A stretch of 32,000 bases of DNA, from contig JBHLRO010000029.1 of NCBI GenBank assembly GCA_048882505.1, positions 3,714-35,713 of the forward strand, written 5' to 3'. How positions within the stretch are numbered: the first letter of the stretch is position 1; every line of letters starts with the position of its first letter. Shown piece by piece: positions 8,840 through 17,039 of the stretch. Below the pieces are notes generated by a model, which was not told the origin of the DNA, did not search any database, and was given only the letters and a program-made list of their open reading frames with translations. The stretch comes from Candidatus Thorarchaeota archaeon. GTDB lineage: Archaea; Asgardarchaeota; Heimdallarchaeia; Hodarchaeales; Hodarchaeaceae. The translations under genes were made by a program, and so were the position numbers.

Positions 8840-8852
8840 TCAGGTGATGAAA

Positions 8853-10160
8853 GTGAACGTTGCTGTCTCAATTCTCATTAGAACGGTGAAACAAACCATA
8901 CGTGATCCTTCACGAATCCTCTTAATCGTTGGGTTCCCATTCGTTTTTATTGCAGTTTTCGCCTTTATATTTGCAGATTTTGGGGGCCCACAAGCCTTTT
9001 CTATCGGGATCATCAATAACGACGATGTAGATCTGAGTACATTCCAGAGTGATTTTTCTCCTTATGTCCCCGAAGCATCCAACAACACTATCAACCCTTT
9101 TGTGCATGGCTTTGGTCACCTGTTTTTAGAAGGTCTGCAGGGAAATACAGAACTAAAATTGTCAAACCTGACGTTTCGGTTAACTCCGTTCGATTTATTG
9201 GAAGATGCAAAAGCTGCTGTTCAAGCAAGAGCTGTGGTAGCGGTAGTACAAATTAAAAATGATTTCTCATACGGTATTCTCTCGGGAATTAACTCTATGG
9301 TTGCCACTCTGAATGGAACTCCAATCACCCCAGATCCTCAAGTTAATAATTGGAATGCCACGATTTTTATTGAGGGTGACCCAACATATCAGACCTTCCA
9401 AACCGCACGGACGGAGATTGAGGCTGCATTTAAAGTGTTCCAAGGACATTATTACGGCATAGAACGCGCAGGCGGTAATCTTGGTATTCGTTACCAACTA
9501 GTACAAAGCGTGGAACTACGGGTGTTCGATAACTTCGTGGCAGGATTCTTCACATTTGGTGTCGTTCTAAGTGCATCTTCAATCGCAGGAATCATTGGGA
9601 TAGAAAGAGCAGAGGGAACCTTGGATCGGTTAAAACTCTCTGATACCAGTTCTCTAGAAATGCTTACCGGGTTGACAATGGGTCATGTTATAGCCGTAGG
9701 AACGCAGATGGCTTTCATGTTTTTGGCTGCCCTATTTTTTGGATTTCGAGGCCAAGGGGATGTCCTATCAGCTTATTTGATAGGCATCCTAACAATTTTC
9801 CCAGTCCTAGGCCTTGCATTCTTCGTTGCGGCCTATATTCCAAATGGTAGAGATGCGAACTCGGTCATTGCTATCCTTTCCGCACCTATTGGGTTTCTTT
9901 CGGGATCTTTTCTAGAAGTCCCTGCGGTTCCATTAGTCCCTAATATAATTCCTGATGGCACAGGTGGGCTTCGTGCCCTTCAATTATGGGATTTCTTTCC
10001 ATTTGCACCAAGTGTGAGCGCTATAAAGAAGATTTTGTTATCAGAATACTCTCTTATACAGGTCCTCCCAGAAGTTTTCCTCCTTGTGTTAGGGGGAGTA
10101 TTATTTTATGTTCTGGGAGCCATATTTTTCCTTAAACGCGTGTTAAAACCCGTAAGATGA
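8853..10160 (+). CDS. ABC-2 exporter permease, paralog of the previous gene (start GTG 8853 or ATG 8847)
   Basis: IGIINNDD, ERAEGTLDRLKLS, PIGFLSGSF; AGGTGA RBS at 8842-8847. Confidence 0.9.
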   Translation: MNVAVSILIRTVKQTIRDPSRILLIVGFPFVFIAVFAFIFADFGGPQAFSIGIINNDDVDLSTFQSDFSPYVPEASNNTINPFVHGFGHLFLEGLQGNTELKLSNLTFRLTPFDLLEDAKAAVQARAVVAVVQIKNDFSYGILSGINSMVATLNGTPITPDPQVNNWNATIFIEGDPTYQTFQTARTEIEAAFKVFQGHYYGIERAGGNLGIRYQLVQSVELRVFDNFVAGFFTFGVVLSASSIAGIIGIERAEGTLDRLKLSDTSSLEMLTGLTMGHVIAVGTQMAFMFLAALFFGFRGQGDVLSAYLIGILTIFPVLGLAFFVAAYIPNGRDANSVIAILSAPIGFLSGSFLEVPAVPLVPNIIPDGTGGLRALQLWDFFPFAPSVSAIKKILLSEYSLIQVLPEVFLLVLGGVLFYVLGAIFFLKRVLKPVR

Positions 10161-10262
10161 AGAAAAGGTAAAATAATATTCTTGGTATTGTCATAGTACG
10201 TGATTAACTACCCTGAAGTTAATTATCGTGTTAAGGAAAACCATTAATTGGCGGTATGGACG

Positions 10263-12338
10263 ATGGCACGTCAAGATAAACCCTTATATCCGCAAACGGA
10301 ACAGATTCCCGTAATAAACACTCTCCATGGGATGGAAATTACCGATAATTATCAATGGCTCGAAGATACCGATAGTGAAAAAGTTAAAACGTGGGTAACA
10401 AATCAAAATGATTTTTCAAAACCCTATCTTGAGAGTATCCCAATTCGGAAAGATATTCGGGAACGAATTCAGGAGCTTTATGAGTTCGAGCAGGTTTTGG
10501 ATGTAATCGAACGGGAGAATGGCTGGTTTTTTCGAAAGAAACATGTGGATAAACAACAGCCCGTCCTATACTTCCGTTCAAAGAAAGATCCAATGCACGA
10601 TCGGGTTCTGATTGACGCCAATGCGCGCGATCCTTCCGCGTTAACGACAATAGACTACGTATATCCTTCACATGACGGGACATTGCTCGCTTATGGGCTT
10701 AGCAAGGGAGGCGATGAATGGTCGACCCTGTATCTTATGAATGTTGAAACAGGGGAAGATTTTGGCGAAAAAGAATGCATTCAACGGGCTAAATATTCGC
10801 ATGTTTCCTGGAAAAAGAACAAAAAGGGATTTTATTATACACGATTCTTTCATCCTGGGGAGGTACCTGAGGGAGAGGAGAATTTTCATTCACATATTCG
10901 CTTCCATAGTTTGGGAAGCGATCCCGATCAGGATCCTATAGTCTTCAGATACGCAGAAGAACCCACGGCATATCCTGATTATGTGTTATCCCCTGATGAA
11001 ACGTTCATGGTGGTCTATATCTATCGTTTTGTTTCATCAGATCTTCATCTAATAGACCTAGCTAATGATAACCGTATAATCCCTATCGTAACAGGAAGTA
11101 AATGGTTATTCTATCCGTACGTGAGTTCTAAGCATATTTATGTTCTTAGCAATTACAAATCATCCAATTATGGTCTATACCGTTTCACTAGGAACGAGAC
11201 AAATCTCAGCGATTGGGAGGAGGTGATTGCACCAAGAGAATATGTATTACAGGACATAGAATTAGTGTATCAAAATATTGTGGCACTATGGATGCACAAT
11301 GTAAGCAATAAGTTGACTCTGCATGATTTTGATGGAAAAGAGCTCGATACAATTTCTATTCCGAAAAACGGTTCGATCCAGACCTTCCCTCCGGGTTCAA
11401 TGTTATTTGGATCCTTGGACACAGAATACTTATTTTTTAATTTTCAGACCTTTCTCCAGCCTCCTGTGACCTATCAGTATCACATCCCGTCCCAAACCCT
11501 AGTTCACTTCTTTAAACATGATATTCGAATTCCTTCAGATGAATTTAAGATTACCGAGGAATATTTCCCTTCGAAAGATGGAACCAAAGTGCATATGTTC
11601 ATTATTAGCCGCCCTAACGTCGAAAGGAATAAGAAAAATCCCACAATACTGTATGGGTATGGCGGATTCGGTATCAGTATTTCCCCGACCTACAGTCCAA
11701 ATTTTCTTCATTGGATAGAAAGAAATGGAGTGATTGCAGTAGCAAACATCCGTGGAGGTGGTGAACATGGTGAAAAGTGGCATCAAGCAGGAATGCTTGG
11801 AAGAAAACAGAACGTGTTTGATGACTTCATTGCTGCCGCTGAATATTTAGTGAAAAGCAATGTGTGTTCTCCTGAAACTTTAGGAATGTATGGTGGAAGC
11901 AATGGAGGTCTTCTAGTAGGAGCAGTTCTCGTTCAACGTCCTGAGCTATTTGCTGCCGTCTATTGTGCCGTACCCCTTCTTGATATGCTTCGTTATCATC
12001 GTTTTTTGCTTGGAAAAACCTGGGTTCCTGAATATGGTGATCCAGACAATCCCGATCACTTTCATTGGCTTCAGGCATATTCCCCTTATCACAATGTAGA
12101 CCCCCAAGGCACTTATCCCTCAGTTTTATTCAAGACGGCCACGAATGACAGTCGAGTGGATGCTAGTCATGCTTTTAAAATGGCAGCGTTAATGCAGAAT
12201 CTTTCATCTGCATCAGAACCCATTCTATTGAAGGTAGACACAAGCGCTGGACACGGTGTGGGACGATCCCTCACGAAACTTGTGAATGACAGTACTGATC
12301 TCTTAACGTACTTTTGCTGGCGATTAGGGGTGAAATAG
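10263..12338 (+). CDS. Prolyl oligopeptidase (S9A), cytoplasmic (ATG 10263 preferred over TTG 10248)
   Basis: N-terminal DNYQWLED, beta-propeller region, YGYGGF, NIRGGGE, catalytic GGSNGG (Ser), NDSRV (Asp), AGHG (His); no signal peptide. Confidence 0.95.
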   Translation: MARQDKPLYPQTEQIPVINTLHGMEITDNYQWLEDTDSEKVKTWVTNQNDFSKPYLESIPIRKDIRERIQELYEFEQVLDVIERENGWFFRKKHVDKQQPVLYFRSKKDPMHDRVLIDANARDPSALTTIDYVYPSHDGTLLAYGLSKGGDEWSTLYLMNVETGEDFGEKECIQRAKYSHVSWKKNKKGFYYTRFFHPGEVPEGEENFHSHIRFHSLGSDPDQDPIVFRYAEEPTAYPDYVLSPDETFMVVYIYRFVSSDLHLIDLANDNRIIPIVTGSKWLFYPYVSSKHIYVLSNYKSSNYGLYRFTRNETNLSDWEEVIAPREYVLQDIELVYQNIVALWMHNVSNKLTLHDFDGKELDTISIPKNGSIQTFPPGSMLFGSLDTEYLFFNFQTFLQPPVTYQYHIPSQTLVHFFKHDIRIPSDEFKITEEYFPSKDGTKVHMFIISRPNVERNKKNPTILYGYGGFGISISPTYSPNFLHWIERNGVIAVANIRGGGEHGEKWHQAGMLGRKQNVFDDFIAAAEYLVKSNVCSPETLGMYGGSNGGLLVGAVLVQRPELFAAVYCAVPLLDMLRYHRFLLGKTWVPEYGDPDNPDHFHWLQAYSPYHNVDPQGTYPSVLFKTATNDSRVDASHAFKMAALMQNLSSASEPILLKVDTSAGHGVGRSLTKLVNDSTDLLTYFCWRLGVK

Positions 12339-12343
12339 AAATC

Positions 12344-12377
12344 TAGATAGAGATATCTACGCGGCCGGATTTTTTTA
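12344..12377 (+). terminator. Putative terminator / palindrome after the POP gene
   Basis: TAGATA-GAGA-TATCTA palindrome (12344-12359) followed by a T7 run (12371-12377). Confidence 0.35.
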
Positions 12378-12397
12378 GCCATAGTGTTTTTTGATAA

Positions 12398-13399
12398 ATG
12401 ACTGGGAGTCAAGTTGGACTTATGCTGGATTCAATAGATTTAGCTTTACTCTATGCATTAAATCAGAAATGCCGTTCGTCATTTTCAGAATTGGCATCTA
12501 GGCTTGAATTGCCTGTACAAGAGATAAAGGACCGAATGAGTCGCTATCTTCGTGAACGAATCATCCAGAAGTTCACTGTTGTCCCAACCCCTGCGTTGTT
12601 TGGAGCAAAGGAGGCCGTAATCCATTTTTCAAGCGGTGCTGGAAATGAGCAAGAACCAATAGACCTAGATCGGATTACGCTGATGGGGGTTTTTTCACCG
12701 GTAACTTTGATCTCAACCGGTACTCTCACGGAAGGGTTTGCGATCGTTCATTATCGGTCAGAAATTGAACTCGCAGAGGTAGTATCTCATTTTCGGCAGG
12801 TTTGCCCCTTCTTCGCCCAACTAGCCGCATTTCCTGTCCAAACTTTGACACAAGATGTTCTTAAAAGGCCGAAGAAGAGTCTCCTTGAGTTTGAAAAAGT
12901 TGATTGGCTAATTCTCACCCACCTACGAGAACAGGGTCGACTCCCATTAGGTGATCTTTCAATAAGGACGCATTTGCCAGTAGAAACTATTGTAGAACGG
13001 CTGGATTTTCTCCGAACTCATCAATTAATTGACGAAACGATTTGGCTAAATCCCGCTCTTTCCCACAAAAGAGGCACCTGGACCTTATTTAAAACCGAAC
13101 TAACTTTCTTTACCTCCCTTCTTCTAGAAGAACTGGAAGGCGAAATCACAAGAAATTCATGTTTTTGGCCCCCAAGTTTTTGGAAGGTGGAGGATCAGAA
13201 CATCCTAATTTTGGGATTCTTTTGTTCCTCGTACACTGAGGTGGAGAAAATCCAGAGTACATTAACGGAGATACCTGGATTGAAGAGTATTGAGAAACTT
13301 ATGGGCGGAACCACCTATTATTTCCAAGACTATAGAGATGAATTGTTGGAAGAAAAAAAGGCACACGGATGGTTTTCTCCCGAACAATGGGTTGTCTAG
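12398..13399 (+). CDS. Tandem (double) Lrp/AsnC-type HTH transcriptional regulator
   Basis: Two HTH_AsnC-like units: LDSIDLALLYALNQKCRSSFSELASRLEL and EKVDWLILTHLREQGRLPLGDLSIRTHLPVETIVERL, each followed by a RAM-like alpha/beta segment. Confidence 0.8.
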   Translation: MTGSQVGLMLDSIDLALLYALNQKCRSSFSELASRLELPVQEIKDRMSRYLRERIIQKFTVVPTPALFGAKEAVIHFSSGAGNEQEPIDLDRITLMGVFSPVTLISTGTLTEGFAIVHYRSEIELAEVVSHFRQVCPFFAQLAAFPVQTLTQDVLKRPKKSLLEFEKVDWLILTHLREQGRLPLGDLSIRTHLPVETIVERLDFLRTHQLIDETIWLNPALSHKRGTWTLFKTELTFFTSLLLEELEGEITRNSCFWPPSFWKVEDQNILILGFFCSSYTEVEKIQSTLTEIPGLKSIEKLMGGTTYYFQDYRDELLEEKKAHGWFSPEQWVV

Positions 13400-13497
13400 C
13401 CAAGGCCGTTGTGAAAAGTAATTTGGGAGGCCAGAAACAAGGAATCAAGAACAAATTCATCTATTAACAGAAACTCCTACGAGTGCTGAATTCCACC

Positions 13498-14832
13498 TTA
13501 AGGTTCCTTTTTCGATCTCGTTTGAACAATCGAGAAGAGGATGGCCGCAAGGCCTGCTAAACCCAGCATAAATCCACCAAGTTGAGTGACTTGGGCCAGG
13601 GAAAGTCCTTCTTCCAATAAGAAAGATCCTAGTAATGATCCTATCCCAAAACAAAAAATACCCACGGATTTAAAAACACCGATTATGTTTTCTGGCTGGA
13701 GATTATGTTCATGCTCATGGGAATGCATACCTAAAATGAATCCTGTGCCTTGGGTAAATCCCAGGTCAAGGTGAGCATGCAAGTGGCGGTAACTCTGATC
13801 TTCAAGCTCAAAGGTCAGCGCTGCCTTGTTTCTTGCTGGCTCAAGAAGGCCTTCAGACAATCCGGCCAGGAATAGGACGCTAAATAAGAGTAAGAGAATA
13901 GCAATTCCTGGATAAAGAAGAATGATGGATCCTTTTAATAAAAGACTTATAACAAGGGGAATAGAATAACCTATCTTGTCAATAAGACGTCCTGCCAGGA
14001 TTTGGCTTAGCCCCCAAGTAATATCGGCAAAAAAATATCCTAAACTGATACTAGGGGTGTCAAAGCCATTTTGATTTAATAGAATCGATAAATTGGGGGT
14101 ATAAAAGCCGTGTGCAAAGTCATAGATTCCGTATATGAGCGCTAGTAAAAGAACGGAGGGAAGTAACATGAAGTTCTTTATCCATGAGTTTAAATGGAAA
14201 TGTGGCAGGATCCACTTTCGGTTCGAGGAAATTTGCTTTTTTTGCTCATACCTAGGCAGTAGTGGCATGAGCATGCCCCAGGCTAATAAAGAGAGGGTAA
14301 AACCGATTGCGGCAATGACTTGCAGGATTTGAAGGGAGGATAGCATAGGAATTATTACCTCGATCATTTGCCACCCGATTCCAGCAAGAACCTGACCCAT
14401 TGCAAGTCCAGAAAAAACGGCAGCGAACAACCCTCCAAGAACCTCCCCCTCACGTGTGGCAAAGCGCATGGCGATTTTGATCAGAGCTAAGAAATAAAAA
14501 CCGTATGCCATTCCTTCAAAAAACCGTACCCACACAAAAACGGAAGGATCTGTCATAAAAGCCATAAGAGATGCAGTACCGAGTGTACATACTCCTGCAA
14601 TTAAAAAACGGGATTGAATAGAAACCAATAGAGAGGTTAGAACGAGAAAGACAATAAGCTGTCCAACCGCGAGAATAGAGCTCCCTATTGAGACCAAGGA
14701 AGTAGATCCTCCCATCAGAATTATTTGGAAAGGAAATATAAAACGTAATGCTCCCAGACTAAGATGCAAGAGAAAAATTCCTATACAATAGACTTGTAAC
14801 CGACGATCAGTCAATAGTAACCATGATGACAC
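13498..14832 (-). CDS. MFS transporter with His-rich loop insertion
   Basis: About 12 hydrophobic segments, VRFFEGMAYG and motif-A-like GRLIDKIG; His cluster at 13705-13785. Confidence 0.88.
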   Translation of the reverse strand: MSSWLLLTDRRLQVYCIGIFLLHLSLGALRFIFPFQIILMGGSTSLVSIGSSILAVGQLIVFLVLTSLLVSIQSRFLIAGVCTLGTASLMAFMTDPSVFVWVRFFEGMAYGFYFLALIKIAMRFATREGEVLGGLFAAVFSGLAMGQVLAGIGWQMIEVIIPMLSSLQILQVIAAIGFTLSLLAWGMLMPLLPRYEQKKQISSNRKWILPHFHLNSWIKNFMLLPSVLLLALIYGIYDFAHGFYTPNLSILLNQNGFDTPSISLGYFFADITWGLSQILAGRLIDKIGYSIPLVISLLLKGSIILLYPGIAILLLLFSVLFLAGLSEGLLEPARNKAALTFELEDQSYRHLHAHLDLGFTQGTGFILGMHSHEHEHNLQPENIIGVFKSVGIFCFGIGSLLGSFLLEEGLSLAQVTQLGGFMLGLAGLAAILFSIVQTRSKKEP

Positions 14833-14962
14833 AAGGAATCATCTCCTACCCAAGAAAAGAGCTTGAAATAGGTAGAAAAAGAATCGTTTTTTGAAATTGT
14901 GATTTGATTACAACAAAATCCTGATTTAAAAGTCAGTATTCTTTGCAGGCTACCTCCTCTGA

Positions 14963-16447
14963 TTAATGCGACTCAAATAATACATCAGAAGTTAATGTGA
15001 TTAGGTCCGCGGCTTCCATTTGAGAAATGGCACGCCCATCGGAATCTTGGGTCAAAAAAAGTTTCCAAAAACCAGAGGAAAGTTGGTCATAAACTTTTAG
15101 AGCTTCTTTACGTTGTCCTAATTCATTGAGAAGAACTCCCTTCAAAAACAAATATGGTTCCAACATCGGGCCACTGCGAGCGGCCGGTAAATCAGCCAAC
15201 AGTTTTATGGATCTTTTTAAAGCGTCCCCTGCATCCTTGGGGATCCAAAATCTGAGTGAGTTCGCTATATCGTTGCTGATACGATCTACAAATGAAAATT
15301 GTTTTACAGAAATCGCTCGTGGTCGAAAGAAAGCCTCGATAGAAACAGTCATTGAAGCACCACTGAAGAAAATTCGGATTTCTTTTGTGACTTTCAAGCT
15401 ACGATCCACTAGTAGAATTTGAAGTGGAATTTCGTCCATTTGAGGAGGAATTGCGGTGACCTTCAACCTAATGGGGTATCTGCCCGCTACCTTTCTACTG
15501 ACTTTAAAATCGAAATGAAAGTCAGGACGTGGAACCCCGCGCAAGTAACGATCGTAAAAGTTTTTTACCTGCCAGATATATTCCTCGGGCCATATTTTTT
15601 GTGCAGAACCAGAGGTCACACCATGAACCCACCACAGCTGGTTCGGACACTTCAAATACATGGCATTATAGTTTTTCCATATTTCAGTATTAGGAAAGGT
15701 CTGGTCTTCTCGTACAGCAATCATAAGTGTAGGGCAGGCATGAAGGTTATTAACAACAATCTCCCTTTTTTGCCAGGTGGTATCCCAAAGAACAGGCCAA
15801 AGTACAAAAGCTAGGATCAACTTGGTTAACCGAAATGGAATTCTCCTATTGAACTGAAGTTTTCCTGCAATATAATTCCAAACCCCTACGGGGCCGTCCT
15901 CCAGAATTACGGCCTTAATCGGCTGATTTCTGATCACCTGGGAGGCAAGATAGGTACCAAAGCCGCTGCTATAGATTCCTATCTGACGTTTATCTATTTC
16001 TGGTCGTGTAGTCAGATATTCAAATGCTACTTGTATTATGTTTTCACAGGTCTTCGGAGCGAGCGTTAATTCGTTAAATTTACGTTTTTCTTCATCCAGA
16101 TGATGGTAGAGAGGCATTAAAACATTATATCCTAGAGATTGAATGATGGATCCAGTTTGAAGACTCTGTGTATAATCAGATCCGTAAAACCAGTTTGGAA
16201 CCACTAAAATACTTGCCTTAGATTCACTACTTGGGAAAAAGATCGCATGTCGGGGTGGTGAGCCATTTGATGGGATCTCCACCAATTCTACTTGTATATT
16301 GCATTCATCTGGATGAACAAAAGGGAATTCTTGTCCCTGGGCAAATATCCAGAACAAAAGGTGAGGTATTATCTCCAAGTAACGAAGAATGATGATAGTG
16401 ATTAATGACAAACCTGTAAATCCAACGATGATTTCCACCAGAGCCAT
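14963..16447 (-). CDS. Membrane-anchored alpha/beta-hydrolase-fold protein lacking the nucleophile Ser, with C-terminal beta domain and TPR-like helices
   Basis: N-terminal TM; SLGYNVL, EYLTTRPEIDKRQIGIYSSGFGTYLA, IKAVILEDG, CPTLMIAVRED follow the hydrolase fold order; ATG 16447 has a GAGG RBS. Confidence 0.7.
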   Translation of the reverse strand: MALVEIIVGFTGLSLITIIILRYLEIIPHLLFWIFAQGQEFPFVHPDECNIQVELVEIPSNGSPPRHAIFFPSSESKASILVVPNWFYGSDYTQSLQTGSIIQSLGYNVLMPLYHHLDEEKRKFNELTLAPKTCENIIQVAFEYLTTRPEIDKRQIGIYSSGFGTYLASQVIRNQPIKAVILEDGPVGVWNYIAGKLQFNRRIPFRLTKLILAFVLWPVLWDTTWQKREIVVNNLHACPTLMIAVREDQTFPNTEIWKNYNAMYLKCPNQLWWVHGVTSGSAQKIWPEEYIWQVKNFYDRYLRGVPRPDFHFDFKVSRKVAGRYPIRLKVTAIPPQMDEIPLQILLVDRSLKVTKEIRIFFSGASMTVSIEAFFRPRAISVKQFSFVDRISNDIANSLRFWIPKDAGDALKRSIKLLADLPAARSGPMLEPYLFLKGVLLNELGQRKEALKVYDQLSSGFWKLFLTQDSDGRAISQMEAADLITLTSDVLFESH

Positions 16448-16504
16448 TATCCTCACGCACTTCGATAACCAAGAAACACCTTATCGCAAATTAAAACATT
16501 ATGA

Positions 16505-16930
16505 TTATGTTCTTTTATTCTCTTCCTTTCTAATGAGCCTCAGTTCCTTCTCCAGCGCATTCATCGAGAGGCCGATATTTTTTACGAGTTCATAGTGCTG
16601 GTGAAGTTGTAGATTGATAGGTTCAATCAGGTTCCTGAATTTTTCTTGAAAACTTTTGATAAGTTGGATCTTATTCTTCTTCTGGTTGAATGGACTCTGT
16701 TTCTTCAATTGACGTTCTCTTTGAAGTGCTGCTCTGCGGGAATGATAGAATTCGAGATAAGCTAATTCAATTGGTTGTTTATTCGTTAAACGAGCACCTT
16801 TCGTGGCAATCAATCCACTATGGGAAGCAATTCTCTGGCCAAGTCGATGGGTATACCCCGTGTAGATTTTTCGATTAAAACCTTGAGCTTTTTCTCCGAC
16901 AAGAAGCATATATACAAAATGTGAAACCAA
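16505..16930 (-). CDS. GIY-YIG nuclease (UPF0213-like) with C-terminal helical extension (start TTG 16930 or ATG 16951)
   Basis: FVYML...IYTGYT..L.QRIASH...KGARLT...ELAYLE...ALQRERQLKK; catalytic Tyr, Arg, His and Glu present. Confidence 0.9.
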   Translation of the reverse strand: MVSHFVYMLLVGEKAQGFNRKIYTGYTHRLGQRIASHSGLIATKGARLTNKQPIELAYLEFYHSRRAALQRERQLKKQSPFNQKKNKIQLIKSFQEKFRNLIEPINLQLHQHYELVKNIGLSMNALEKELRLIRKEENKRT

Positions 16931-17039
16931 AATGAACTCAACACCCTTCATTCCGGAACTTTGAGTAAGCAAATGAAACTCAGATTGCATGTTATTTATA
17001 TTTCCCTGCAAAAAAACGCCAGCTAGAGAGGTTCAAAGG

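Noticed and set aside
13681-13709. GATTATGTT direct repeat inside the MFS gene
   Set aside because: Only 9 bp, two copies, explained by the coding sequence.
14921-14958. Imperfect palindrome CTGATTTAAAAGTCAG and an orphan minus-strand GAGGAGGT RBS-like motif
   Set aside because: The palindrome is mostly a TATA box with 4-bp arms; no start codon at suitable spacing after the RBS-like motif.
16505-16930. GIY-YIG as a homing endonuclease or mobile element
   Set aside because: UPF0213-type size and motifs, no host intron or intein, no flanking repeats.
16989-17011. Apparent head-to-head overlap of the GIY-YIG and GT-C ORFs
   Set aside because: Artefact of longest-ORF starts; better starts at 16930/16951 and 17040 leave a normal divergent gap.
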